The notes beneath the pieces were generated by a model. It did no database searches, was not told the DNA's origin, and was given only the letters and a program-made list of their open reading frames with translations. From Alphaproteobacteria bacterium (GTDB lineage: Bacteria; Pseudomonadota; Alphaproteobacteria; Rs-D84), in assembly GCA_017629245.1 (NCBI GenBank), contig JAGBXO010000002.1, positions 86,475 through 150,474 of the forward strand: 64,000 nt of DNA, given 5' to 3'. Shown here piece after piece: positions 20,730 to 30,208 of the stretch (within the stretch, counting starts at the first letter, position 1; every line of letters begins with the position of its first letter). Made by a program: the position numbers and the translations under genes.

Positions 20730-20990
20730 TGTTGATTAATTATATCATTTTTAACAATTTTCAACAAGCCCGAATGTAAAACCCTTAAAATTGTTAAAAG
20801 TGTTGAAAAGTGTTATCTTTTTCAACTGTTAATTATTTGATGTTTTTTTTAATATCAAAAACAAAACAAGCCAGAAAACCGCCATTTTTTTGTTGAAAAA
20901 CTGTGGAATAAAAGTTAAAAATAGTTTTCAACAATTTAAACACCCCCAACAAAAACAACAATTAATTAATATTATTATTTGATTTTTTAA
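20730..20990. other. putative replication origin oriC
   Basis: Four TTTTCAACA boxes (20758 +, 20801 -, 20891 -, 20925 +), TTTTCAACT (20819), TATTCCACA (20902 -), then CACCCCC, NAN-trio repeats and an AT-rich tract; visible skew change. Confidence 0.7.
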
Positions 20991-21029
20991 AAAATGTGTT
21001 TATAATCGCCTTGTAAAAAGGATTACGAT

Positions 21030-21164
21030 ATGAAATTTTTAAGTTCATTAAAGGCTTGGAAAAAACGCGGTAATGTAAAACAAATCCGTCGTGGTAAACA
21101 AGTTATCTTGATTGACCCTGATAATCCAAAGTTTAAAGCAAAACAGGGCTTTAAGAAAAAATAA
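21030..21164 (+). CDS. rpmJ: 50S ribosomal protein bL36, Zn-free (type B); not in ORF track
   Basis: MKFLSSLKAWKKRGNVKQIRRGKQVILIDPDNPKFKAKQGFKKK; AAGGA SD; TATAAT at 21001. Confidence 0.85.
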   Translation: MKFLSSLKAWKKRGNVKQIRRGKQVILIDPDNPKFKAKQGFKKK

Positions 21165-21192
21165 AAAAATTCCGCCGATTGGCGGTTTTTTT
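21165..21192. terminator. bidirectional terminator
   Basis: CCGCC-GATT-GGCGG with flanking A and T tracts. Confidence 0.7.
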
Positions 21193-21778
21193 AAAATGTA
21201 TATCTGATACCAAGTGAAAATTCATTCAGGTTTCTGACAATATCCATATTAATTGGTGTATATTTATACTGAAATAGAGCAGATACTTTATCACCGGGAA
21301 ATGTGAACATGAAACCAATCCCCAGGCGGGTTGTCACACTGTTTTCTGAAATCTTGTCTGAAGTACTTTCAAATACATTTATGTAATCGTATTTGTCATA
21401 AAAGTTATAGTTTGCAACACCAAATGTTGTAAAAAAGTCAAAATCTGGGGTGATTTTATAATATCCATAAATATCAAAACCATATCCCATATAATATACT
21501 TCGTGATTTATGGTTTCGAATTCAGATGCCAGTTCCAGATTGTTATTGCCAGAATGGGTAAAGAAAAATTCCAGACCAAAGTTTGTGCCAATTCGAGCTC
21601 CGGCGTTTATTGTGGCGGAATAATATTTTTCATCCATATTTGTTTTAATTGTATAATCTGTGATATTTAATCCGGCATTTATACCAATATATGGTCGGAA
21701 ATTATCAGTGTTGGTATAAATACCTGCAAACCCATACAGTGGAAAAATTAATGTAATAATAAATAATAATTTTTTCAT
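21191..21778 (-). CDS. outer membrane beta-barrel (OmpA-like transmembrane domain) protein
   Basis: Signal peptide, RPYIG, alternating strands, C-terminal GIRYTF. Confidence 0.8.
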   Translation of the reverse strand: MKKLLFIITLIFPLYGFAGIYTNTDNFRPYIGINAGLNITDYTIKTNMDEKYYSATINAGARIGTNFGLEFFFTHSGNNNLELASEFETINHEVYYMGYGFDIYGYYKITPDFDFFTTFGVANYNFYDKYDYINVFESTSDKISENSVTTRLGIGFMFTFPGDKVSALFQYKYTPINMDIVRNLNEFSLGIRYTF

Positions 21779-21862
21779 TTTTACCTCTTTTTATCATGTG
21801 ATTATAACTTTTTTTGTGGTATAATTGCAGTGGTAAATAATCTAATTATAAAGGATTTTATA

Positions 21863-23638
21863 ATGGTAAAAAAAGAAAATTATGTCCTGATTAAAACACA
21901 GGCGGATTTTGAAAGGGAAGCAAATAATTTTTCCCGTATGTCATACGAACGTGCAAATGCTGCAAGATATGCCTTGGCACCTGATTTTGATGTAAATATT
22001 ATATGGTCAAATGTTAGACAGCATATTATGTTTTATCCAGATTATATATCTAGGTTGATTGAAGGTACATTGGAAACAATGAAAAAAGATGAAGCAGCGG
22101 AATTTTTTAATAAAATTATGATAAGTATACGAAATCGCGAAGGATATTATTTTTCACCAGAAAATCTGAAAAAAAGTCTTGTAAATACTGATAGAAATTC
22201 TGTTTTATTGTTTTTGCAGGCGTTCTATTTTTCACAAAATAAATCGTTAAAAGATAAAAATGATTCTGGAAAATTTAACAAGGCGATAACCCCAGATAAT
22301 CAGGTGCTGTTTAATATTATTGGTGAAGCGGCCATGGGAACATTGGAATATAATTTCTCGGGGCGGCCGTTTGAAGATATGAAAATGGTTGAATCTGTAT
22401 TGCCAAAGCAAATAGATGAATGGCGTATGACAGCCAATCAAAAAAAACTGATTGAAAAATTTAATCGCGATTTTCATGTGGTTGATGTTAAGAAATTATT
22501 CCCAGGGGCAAAAGATCCACAGGGATTATATGATTTAAGGCGCGGAAAGATTCCTGCATGGAGGCCGTTTTTAGAAAAATTGGACAGGGATGACTTTAAA
22601 TTTATTCGTCCTGCCCAGGACTTTGCAGATACAGATGCGCATAATTTGTACGATTTGATGTCTATGCCGGGATTGCGATGGAATGCGGTTCAGGTGCGCG
22701 CAATCATGAATATGATTATAGATAAAGCAGATGCGTCATACTTTGAAGAAATTATTAAGGTTATTAATACAAATAAGCATATTTTCTTGACACAGACAGA
22801 AGATAATCTGAAATTGTGGGTCAAGATTGAAAATAAATTTGCAAATGAAATAAAAAAGTCAAAAGATTATGCAGGTGGTATCAAAGCCGCATTAGAGAAA
22901 GCAAAAACAAATATAGAAGAAAATGGCAAGTCTTATAAAGATGTTAAAGCAAAGGTTGATTATCTGGACGGTGAAAAAAACTTAATGGAGGCCGTAGTTG
23001 TTAAGGCGGAAAGGTTGAAAAATTTGCCAGATAATAATGGATTTTTTGCAAAACAGGCAAAGTTGGTCATAAATGCTGTAAATAGTTTTGCAGAAGATGG
23101 TTCTGTTTGTGAAATTCCAATTCCTGATAAGCCATGGAAATTGTTCGCGTTTGATAAAGAAAAGAAATTGTATGAACAATTGTTGGATGCGATTAATTCA
23201 TATAATGCCTTGGTAAAAGGTGCGACCGATAGACGCGCAGAACTGTTTGGTAATATTAAATTTAGTCATTATACAGAAAGAAATAAATTAATTGATATTT
23301 TGCAGACACTGCAACGCCAGACATATCAAAGCGAAGCCGAAATTAAAAGATATGCGGGTTGGCGGGAATCTGATATGGCGGGAATTGTGGCACAAGAAAA
23401 TATTGATACGCAAAAGGCTGCAAAACAAAAAAGGTTTGAAGCCGCAAAAAAGAAAATGCAGGAAAAAGGCATTGTTCGTGGGCAAAAAAGTGGCGTGGTT
23501 CGTGCAGATGAAATTGCAAAACAGACCAGAATAAATAATAAAGTGGCCCAGTTGCGGACTAAAAAAGCATATGCAGATATGCCGGATGAACAATTACAAA
23601 TGATTGCCACAAATATAGTATTTGGTAAAAAAAGGTAA
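21863..23638 (+). CDS. hypothetical helical/coiled-coil protein
   Basis: 592 aa ORF with AAGGA SD and terminator; no recognised domain. Confidence 0.75.
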   Translation: MVKKENYVLIKTQADFEREANNFSRMSYERANAARYALAPDFDVNIIWSNVRQHIMFYPDYISRLIEGTLETMKKDEAAEFFNKIMISIRNREGYYFSPENLKKSLVNTDRNSVLLFLQAFYFSQNKSLKDKNDSGKFNKAITPDNQVLFNIIGEAAMGTLEYNFSGRPFEDMKMVESVLPKQIDEWRMTANQKKLIEKFNRDFHVVDVKKLFPGAKDPQGLYDLRRGKIPAWRPFLEKLDRDDFKFIRPAQDFADTDAHNLYDLMSMPGLRWNAVQVRAIMNMIIDKADASYFEEIIKVINTNKHIFLTQTEDNLKLWVKIENKFANEIKKSKDYAGGIKAALEKAKTNIEENGKSYKDVKAKVDYLDGEKNLMEAVVVKAERLKNLPDNNGFFAKQAKLVINAVNSFAEDGSVCEIPIPDKPWKLFAFDKEKKLYEQLLDAINSYNALVKGATDRRAELFGNIKFSHYTERNKLIDILQTLQRQTYQSEAEIKRYAGWRESDMAGIVAQENIDTQKAAKQKRFEAAKKKMQEKGIVRGQKSGVVRADEIAKQTRINNKVAQLRTKKAYADMPDEQLQMIATNIVFGKKR

Positions 23639-23640
23639 TA

Positions 23641-23666
23641 AAAAATCCCCAAATTTGGGGATTTTA
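23641..23666 (+). terminator. intrinsic terminator
   Basis: AAAATCCCCAAA/TTTGGGGATTTT inverted repeat. Confidence 0.65.
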
Positions 23667-23683
23667 TTTAAACAGGTTTTTTG

Positions 23684-24058
23684 ATGGTGACGATTTTGTT
23701 GGCGATAAAGCCAGAATTTGTAGAAAAAATTTTAAATGGTCAAAAAAACTTTGAATTCAGGCGACGCGTTCCAAATAAGGGGGTTGATAAAATTATAATA
23801 TATGCAACTGCGCCGGTAAAAAAGGTTGTTGGCGTGGCGCGCGTGCGTGAAATTATTTCTATGTCACCAGATGATTTATGGAATGTGACACACGAATTTG
23901 CGGGAATAGGGCGGGGATTTTTTGATTCTTATTTTTTTGGTTGTGATGTTGCATATGCCTATGTTTTAGAAAATGTGCAAAAATATAAACAGCAACGGTT
24001 GTTATCTGATTTCGGAATCCGCGCCGCCCCACAGAGTTTTGTGTATATAGATGAATAA
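23684..24058 (+). CDS. ASCH domain protein
   Basis: LLAIKPEFVEKILNGQKNFEFRR, IYATAPVKKVVG, APQSFVY. Confidence 0.85.
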   Translation: MVTILLAIKPEFVEKILNGQKNFEFRRRVPNKGVDKIIIYATAPVKKVVGVARVREIISMSPDDLWNVTHEFAGIGRGFFDSYFFGCDVAYAYVLENVQKYKQQRLLSDFGIRAAPQSFVYIDE

Positions 24059-24097
24059 AAAAAACATCCACAATGGATGTTTTTTTTTATTAAATCT

Positions 24098-24118
24098 TGG
24101 TTGCGGGGAATGGATTTG
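24098..24118 (-). repeat. duplicate of the tRNA-fMet 3' end
   Basis: TGGTTGCGGGGAATGGATTTG vs tRNA TGGTTGCGGGGGTTGGATTTG (19/21). Confidence 0.8.
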
Positions 24119-24273
24119 GCTACGCTCCATCTGCGCGAATCAACCGCTGGTTGACCGGCATACTGCCGTCTGCCTTTCGCTGGCTGTGAACCATCTTGCC
24201 TCAATGGTTCAAATTCAACACAACACACGTTAAATAAAAAATGCATCACAAGGATGCATTCTTTATTTAAAAC

Positions 24274-24350
<77 letters not shown>

Positions 24351-24501
24351 ATGAAGTAAAAAGCTTTGCTATTATATATTAATTATGACAATAGTCAAAT
24401 GAAAAAATTATTTTCCTGATTTTTGACTATTTTCCTGGTCTTTCTTGAATTATTTGTTTTTTGTTGCTATGATTTGTCTAACATTTAGAAAAAGGCGCGT
24501 T

Positions 24502-25284
24502 GTGATTCAAAATAAAACTTTTAGAAAAATCTGGAAAGGTTTTTGGGAACCGATTTTGCACCTGGGGATTTTTCAATGGATTGTTGCCGTTGTAATGGCA
24601 ATTCCAATTTGGTTTGTGTATTTTACATCAATTAAAAAAATAACTAATATCAATGTGTTCTATGAATATAGAAAAAAGCCAGCTATTTTTGTTTTCTGGC
24701 ATGGGCGCAGTATGATGTTAAGTCCTATTATTTGCCTGGGGGGGATGCGGGCGTATGCGGTTGCCAGTCGCCATAAAGATGGCCGTATGATGGCAAAATT
24801 ACAGCACCTGTTCGGGTTGCGTGCGATTTATGGGTCCAGCCACAAGGGGGGGGTGTCTGTTCTGCGTGAGGGCTTGCGTGTTCTGTCGCGTGGTGATCAT
24901 GGTATTTGTATGTCGCCAGATGGGCCGGGTGGGCCATCGCTGCGTGTGCAAGATGGTGCATTATATTTTGCAAAAATGTCGGGGGCACCGATTATTCCGG
25001 TATGTTATACAACATCACGCGCGTGGTTTCAAAAGCGTTGGGACAGGTATTTGGTTGCGTTGCCGTTTTCAAAAATTGTTTGCAATATTGGAAATCCTGT
25101 CTTTGTTCCGCGCAGGGCAAATGAAGATGAGTTTGAAAAAATTCGTCATTATTTAGAAGACTTTATGGTTACACAAATGCGGGAATTGGACGCAGAATAT
25201 AATTATCCAGAAATAGAACAGGATTTAACCGCGTCAGAATTTAAGAAAAAGTTGCGTGAAGAAAAAAGTAAGAAAAACAAATGA
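24502..25284 (+). CDS. DUF374/LpxJ-type lysophospholipid acyltransferase
   Basis: FWHGR, SRHKDG, GSS.KGG, PDGPGGP, WDR...ALPFS; GTG start inferred. Confidence 0.8.
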   Translation: MIQNKTFRKIWKGFWEPILHLGIFQWIVAVVMAIPIWFVYFTSIKKITNINVFYEYRKKPAIFVFWHGRSMMLSPIICLGGMRAYAVASRHKDGRMMAKLQHLFGLRAIYGSSHKGGVSVLREGLRVLSRGDHGICMSPDGPGGPSLRVQDGALYFAKMSGAPIIPVCYTTSRAWFQKRWDRYLVALPFSKIVCNIGNPVFVPRRANEDEFEKIRHYLEDFMVTQMRELDAEYNYPEIEQDLTASEFKKKLREEKSKKNK

Positions 25285-25883
25285 AAAAGTTATTTGTGAT
25301 GTTTTTGTGTGCCTTTATTCCCACCCGAAAAGGGCGCAGGAATATCAGAAGAAAATTTTTCCAAGAAAAAATTCGCTGTGTTATGGGGCGGCATTCTTAT
25401 GTTGGCAAAGGATTTATTTGTGCGCATAAACAAACATCAGTTGGGGCCTTTTGTTCAATTGGCAGAAATGTTGCGTTGGGGCCATCACAGCATCCGATAA
25501 CATGGTTGTCTACTTCTCCGTTTAGTTATAGGGGCGGAAAAAAGATAGTAGATAATCAAAAAATGCTTAATTGGTCTTATGAACCAGTTGTTTGTGGAAA
25601 TGATGTTTGGATTGGTAATAATGCCATTATTAATGATGGTGTGAAAATTGCAGATGGTGCGATTGTTGGTGCAAATGCAGTGGTGACGCATGATGTGCCT
25701 GCGTACGCGATTGTTGTAGGGTGTCCTGCACGAATCATAAAATATAGGTTTTCGCAGGATGTTATAGAACAACTATTGAATTTAAAATGGTGGGATTTAC
25801 CAGATGAACAAATTGCAAAGTTGCCATTTGATAATGTAGAAAAATGTATAAAAATATTAAAAAAAATAAGGGCAGATAAATGA
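25281..25883 (+). CDS. CatB/Vat-like hexapeptide O-acetyltransferase
   Basis: GAFCSI, LSTSPF, GNDVWIG, VVTHDVPAYAIVVGCPA, KWWD. Confidence 0.85.
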   Translation: MKKLFVMFLCAFIPTRKGRRNIRRKFFQEKIRCVMGRHSYVGKGFICAHKQTSVGAFCSIGRNVALGPSQHPITWLSTSPFSYRGGKKIVDNQKMLNWSYEPVVCGNDVWIGNNAIINDGVKIADGAIVGANAVVTHDVPAYAIVVGCPARIIKYRFSQDVIEQLLNLKWWDLPDEQIAKLPFDNVEKCIKILKKIRADK

Positions 25884-26782
25884 AAACACCAAAGTGGTTT
25901 TTGAAAAAAAGTCCGATTGCGCTGGCGCTAATACCGGTTTCGTGGGTGTATTATATTTTTAGTCGTCTTGTTTTTATGTTTCGCAAGGGTGGGGCATTGA
26001 AATCACGCAGAAAGATTATCTGTGTTGGAAATATATTGGCCGGCGGGGTTGGTAAAACACCAATTGTAAAGCAGATTGCACAGTACTTTGATGCGCCGGT
26101 TGTTATGCGCGGGTATAAAAAGGATAAGTCTGTATCTGTCATCGGGGATGAAGCGACTATGCTGGCGCGGGCGGGTCTGGCGGTGCATGTTGGCGACAGA
26201 AAAAGTAATATAATTTTGTTGAATAATCAAAATGATGCGATTGGCCCCATTGTTATGGATGATGGTTTACAAAATCCGACAATAAAAAAAGATATAGAAA
26301 TTATTGTTTTTGATGAAGCAATTGGTTATGGAAATGGATTGCTGTTGCCGGCCGGGCCTTTGCGTGATGTAAAACGCAGTGTAAAAAAAGCGGATGCTGT
26401 TATTGTTATTCGTGCAAAAAATTCAAAAAAGAAATTAAAATTGCCGAATAATATTCCTGTGTTTTGTGCGGATAATAAAACGATTTCACCGTATGAAGAA
26501 AGTCAAAAATTGGTGGCTTTTGCAGGGATTGGGTATCCGGGTAAGTTCTTTGCGGCATTAGATAATGTGGTTGATACGCGTGCGTTTGAAGATCACTATC
26601 AATATACAAAAGACGATATAGAAAAATTGATTAGTCTGGCGAATAAAAAGGGGGCCAGGTTAATTACAACTGAAAAAGATTGGGTCAGGTTGCCGGCAGA
26701 ATATCAGGAAGAAATAAAATATGCAAAACTGGAAACGGTTATTGAAAATGTGTTTTGGGATTGGATAAAGGAGAAAATATAA
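25880..26782 (+). CDS. lpxK: tetraacyldisaccharide 4'-kinase
   Basis: VGNILAGGVGKTP, MDDGLQ, LLPAGPLR, TTEKD. Confidence 0.95.
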   Translation: MKTPKWFLKKSPIALALIPVSWVYYIFSRLVFMFRKGGALKSRRKIICVGNILAGGVGKTPIVKQIAQYFDAPVVMRGYKKDKSVSVIGDEATMLARAGLAVHVGDRKSNIILLNNQNDAIGPIVMDDGLQNPTIKKDIEIIVFDEAIGYGNGLLLPAGPLRDVKRSVKKADAVIVIRAKNSKKKLKLPNNIPVFCADNKTISPYEESQKLVAFAGIGYPGKFFAALDNVVDTRAFEDHYQYTKDDIEKLISLANKKGARLITTEKDWVRLPAEYQEEIKYAKLETVIENVFWDWIKEKI

Positions 26783-27723
26783 TGATTACTTTTAAAAGTC
26801 CGATAAATATATCAGGGGTTGGTATTCATTCAGGTAAAACTGTTAATATTGTTGTAAAGCCTGCAGATGTGCCAGGAATTTTCTTTCGTCGTGTGGATAT
26901 GGTGGGGACGGATTTGATTCCGGCGACCTTTGACAATGTTGGTGAAACAAAAATGCGTAATACGACAATTGGTAAAATGTCGGGCGCGCATGTTCAAACG
27001 GTTGAACATTTAATGGCGGCATTGTTTATGGTTGGGGTTGACAGTGCAATTATTGAAATTGATGGAGCAGAAACACCAATTCTGGACGGCAGTGCGGCAG
27101 AATTTATAACCGCGTTTGAAAATGCTGGTATCACAAAGGGGAAAATGAAGCGCGTAATAGTAAAACAGCCAGTGGTTGCGTATGCGAATGAAGTTTTAAA
27201 GCAGTTGCCGTGGTTTGTGCGTGCAAAAATATGGGTGATGAATCTGATTTCTGGACGCAAGGCAGATGGTTTTGTAAAATTAAGTCCAAATGATGAAAAG
27301 TCTTTGGATATCAAGGCGACCTTGATTTACCCAGAAAAAATTATAGGAAAACAATCTTATTCGTATTCTTGCGATGGGACAAAGAAGTCTGTAGATGATT
27401 TCAAGGAAAATGTTGCGCGGGCGCGTACATTTGGTAAATATTCAGAATGGGAATATTTAAAAAAGCACGGTATGGGGCATGGTGCATCCGAAGAAAATGT
27501 GATTGCGTTGAATGATGCGGGGGATGGAACGCTGAACCCGACAATTTGGCCAGATGAATTTGTGCGTCATAAAATTGTTGATGCTGTTGGTGATATGTTT
27601 ACCAGTGGGGGGATGATTTGCGGTTCTTTGGAATCATATAAGGGCAGTCATGCGCTGAATAATATTGTTTTGAAAAAGTTGTTCAGTGACCCAAAAAATT
27701 ATGTTATAATTGATGCAGAATAA
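26782..27723 (+). CDS. lpxC: UDP-3-O-acyl-GlcNAc deacetylase
   Basis: GVGIHSG, TVEHLMAAL, PILDGSA, ARTFG, EFVRHKIVDAVGD. Confidence 0.95.
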   Translation: MITFKSPINISGVGIHSGKTVNIVVKPADVPGIFFRRVDMVGTDLIPATFDNVGETKMRNTTIGKMSGAHVQTVEHLMAALFMVGVDSAIIEIDGAETPILDGSAAEFITAFENAGITKGKMKRVIVKQPVVAYANEVLKQLPWFVRAKIWVMNLISGRKADGFVKLSPNDEKSLDIKATLIYPEKIIGKQSYSYSCDGTKKSVDDFKENVARARTFGKYSEWEYLKKHGMGHGASEENVIALNDAGDGTLNPTIWPDEFVRHKIVDAVGDMFTSGGMICGSLESYKGSHALNNIVLKKLFSDPKNYVIIDAE

Positions 27724-27736
27724 AGGAAGGAAAAAT

Positions 27737-28153
27737 ATGAAAAAATTCTTGGCGATTATGGCGGTGGCGCTTTCGTTGGCTGCATGTGGTGGAATGATAA
27801 AGAATGAAAATGGCAGCCAGTATTTGGTACAGTTGGATGCAGAACCGATTGGATGTACTTTCTTGTATAAAATTGAATCCGAAGTGTCTGTTTATGATTC
27901 ACAGGATGCACGCAGATATCTGGAAAATCGCATTGTTGACCAGGCACGCAATGGTAATGCATATTGGATTACCAGCCAACGCACAAAGCCAAATGAATGG
28001 GTGATTTTTGGGCCAGAACGTTCTTTTATACTGGTTGCGAATGTTTATGATTGTCCACATCCGAATGCAGTGCGTACTGCGCGTGGTGGTGGTGCGGCAA
28101 CCTATACACCAGAACAGGTGGTTACAGACTGCACATATGGTAATTGTCAATAA
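27737..28153 (+). CDS. lipoprotein, DUF4156-like
   Basis: Lipobox LAAC; GCTFL...GNA...VYDC pattern. Confidence 0.6.
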   Translation: MKKFLAIMAVALSLAACGGMIKNENGSQYLVQLDAEPIGCTFLYKIESEVSVYDSQDARRYLENRIVDQARNGNAYWITSQRTKPNEWVIFGPERSFILVANVYDCPHPNAVRTARGGGAATYTPEQVVTDCTYGNCQ

Positions 28154-28264
28154 AATATACCCGCCATGTGGCGGGATTTTTAAATACATAGTTGTTTAAA
28201 ACCGTTTGCCATAGGTTGTGATTTTATGTTATAATTAAAATCAGTAATTACGAGAGAGATTTTA

Positions 28265-29527
28265 TTGGCCGGTCAAATTTTAAATATTAATCGCAAGAAA
28301 TATGCCGTTGGCTTGTTTTGGCAGCCGATGGGTGTTGGTGCAACTGTGCGCAATTATGCGCGGACTTTGGCACGCGGTGTCGATAAAAAACTGAATTTAT
28401 ACACCCAGTATCGCGCAATGATTGGGTTGGCTGCACGCAGAAATGGTGCGCGTGCAGGTATGTTGAGTGCGGCAGCCGAAGTGATGGAAAGTTTTTCAGA
28501 ATATACTTCGTTTCTGGCGGTCTTTGCGGTGCCACGCGGATTTTATATGGTGGCGGCGCGTAATGGTGTTATTCTGGTAGATAAATTGTTTGAATCAGAA
28601 ACTGATGCGCGCAGTGAATATGTAAAAATGTCTGAAATCCCAGATTGGGGGGCGTTCTTTGCGCCGGGGGCATGGGGAATGCCCAGGGCAGCGGAAAGAA
28701 ATCTGGGGGATTTGCTGAATGGGCAATCGCGTGCGGTGTTACACACAATCAGTCGATTTGGACCGCGGATGTTGTCAGGTTTATTGTTGGCTGTGTTTGC
28801 GTTGGGGATGTTTTTTATTTTCAAGGATTCTGTTGTGCAGGTGTTTGCACCACGGCCCCAGGTGGCGGAACTGAATCCAGAATTAGTAGCGGAATATAAG
28901 AAGCAAATAGAAGAAAAATCTAAAGAATTAGACGAACAGTTTGAAATTGAAAAACAATTGCCACCAGAACCGATAGTTATGCCGTATGAGTTGTTACCTG
29001 ATATGATGGCACGTGCTGGACAGTGTTATCAGGCGATTGCATTTTTAATGCAACCGATTGTTGGGTGGAATCAGGTTAATGTGGTGTGTGGCGAAACGCA
29101 TGCGATTGCTGATTTTAAACGTGATTTTGGAACCCTGGATGGTTTTTATAGTATTGCAACGGATTTAATGCCAGGGGCTTTTGTGTCCGAAGTTGATGAA
29201 GATACATTGCGTGTTCAAGTTGCTTTGCCAGAATTAGAAAGTTTTTCCAGTCAGGATGAACGCGATGCTGATACAGTTGTACGTGATGTGACATCTGTAT
29301 TTCAGGGGATAAACACAATTATTGATACGGAAATTGTAGTTGATACATTGACCAATGGGGTTGATGTGGAAACTGTTAATGTGGTAGAGGTTGGGGTAGA
29401 ATCTAAACTGACACCACAACAATTCATGGAAATCTTTGCGGATTTCGGTGGTGTGTATTTAATGCAAGCGGGATGGAATGCGCGTACGCGTTCGTGGAAC
29501 TATGAGGTGTTAATCTATGCAAAATAA
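28265..29527 (+). CDS. type IVb pilus accessory protein PilO2-like
   Basis: N-terminal YAVGLFWQ, central TM; first gene of a pilO-P-Q-R-like order; TTG start. Confidence 0.7.
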   Translation: MAGQILNINRKKYAVGLFWQPMGVGATVRNYARTLARGVDKKLNLYTQYRAMIGLAARRNGARAGMLSAAAEVMESFSEYTSFLAVFAVPRGFYMVAARNGVILVDKLFESETDARSEYVKMSEIPDWGAFFAPGAWGMPRAAERNLGDLLNGQSRAVLHTISRFGPRMLSGLLLAVFALGMFFIFKDSVVQVFAPRPQVAELNPELVAEYKKQIEEKSKELDEQFEIEKQLPPEPIVMPYELLPDMMARAGQCYQAIAFLMQPIVGWNQVNVVCGETHAIADFKRDFGTLDGFYSIATDLMPGAFVSEVDEDTLRVQVALPELESFSSQDERDADTVVRDVTSVFQGINTIIDTEIVVDTLTNGVDVETVNVVEVGVESKLTPQQFMEIFADFGGVYLMQAGWNARTRSWNYEVLIYAK

Positions 29528-30203
29528 GAAAATGTTTTTGTTGGGTGCGATTTTTTGCGGTGTTTTATTTGTAGGAAATGCGCGTGCAGATGAGTTAATA
29601 GAAGAAGTAACAGAAGAAGTTTCTGTGGAGCAGGTGTCGGCAGATGCAGTTGCGGCGTATGACCCAAATGGTTCTTTGTTTCAACAAATTACAGACTTAG
29701 AACAAGAAAAGGTTTTAATGCAATTGGAAAAGGAACGTGCGCAATTAGACCTGGAATTAGATAGGTTGGCGGCAGAAAAAATTAAACTGCATATGGAAAT
29801 TGATACGCTGTCTGGGCGTGCGGAACAACAGCAACAAGAAATTGAAACACAAAAGGCGAAGTTAGAGGCCGAGGCTGCACGTATCGAAAAAGAAAAAGAG
29901 TCTTGGTTGAAAGAAATAGAGGAAGCAGAAAAGGCGGAGGTAAAAGATTATAAATCGGCAGCAGCTCAACAAGAAGCAGCCCAGGTAGATGTGTCTAAGA
30001 ATTGGAAATTGGTTAATGTTGTTGGTGCGGGTGCACAATTGCAGGCGACGGTAGAAGATTTGAATAGCGGTCAAAAAAGACGGGTTAGTGTTGGTAAAAC
30101 ATTGGATGGAATGACAGTCAAGACAATATCATTGTATGATGGGGTTGTTTTGGTTGATGGTGATGGTAATACACAGGTATTAAATATAAGCAATGGAAAA
30201 TAA
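29517..30203 (+). CDS. PilP-like type IVb pilus protein
   Basis: Signal peptide, coiled coil, C-terminal beta domain (VVGAG..ATV...VG..DG.TVKTI). Confidence 0.6.
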   Translation: MQNKKMFLLGAIFCGVLFVGNARADELIEEVTEEVSVEQVSADAVAAYDPNGSLFQQITDLEQEKVLMQLEKERAQLDLELDRLAAEKIKLHMEIDTLSGRAEQQQQEIETQKAKLEAEAARIEKEKESWLKEIEEAEKAEVKDYKSAAAQQEAAQVDVSKNWKLVNVVGAGAQLQATVEDLNSGQKRRVSVGKTLDGMTVKTISLYDGVVLVDGDGNTQVLNISNGK

Positions 30204-30208
30204 TTAAT

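Noticed and set aside
20730-20990. Short repeats as CRISPR array or iterons
   Set aside because: 9-mers in mixed orientation with irregular spacing; no cas or rep gene
25281-25883. Chloramphenicol or streptogramin resistance gene
   Set aside because: Generic hexapeptide family; LPS operon context and no mobile signatures
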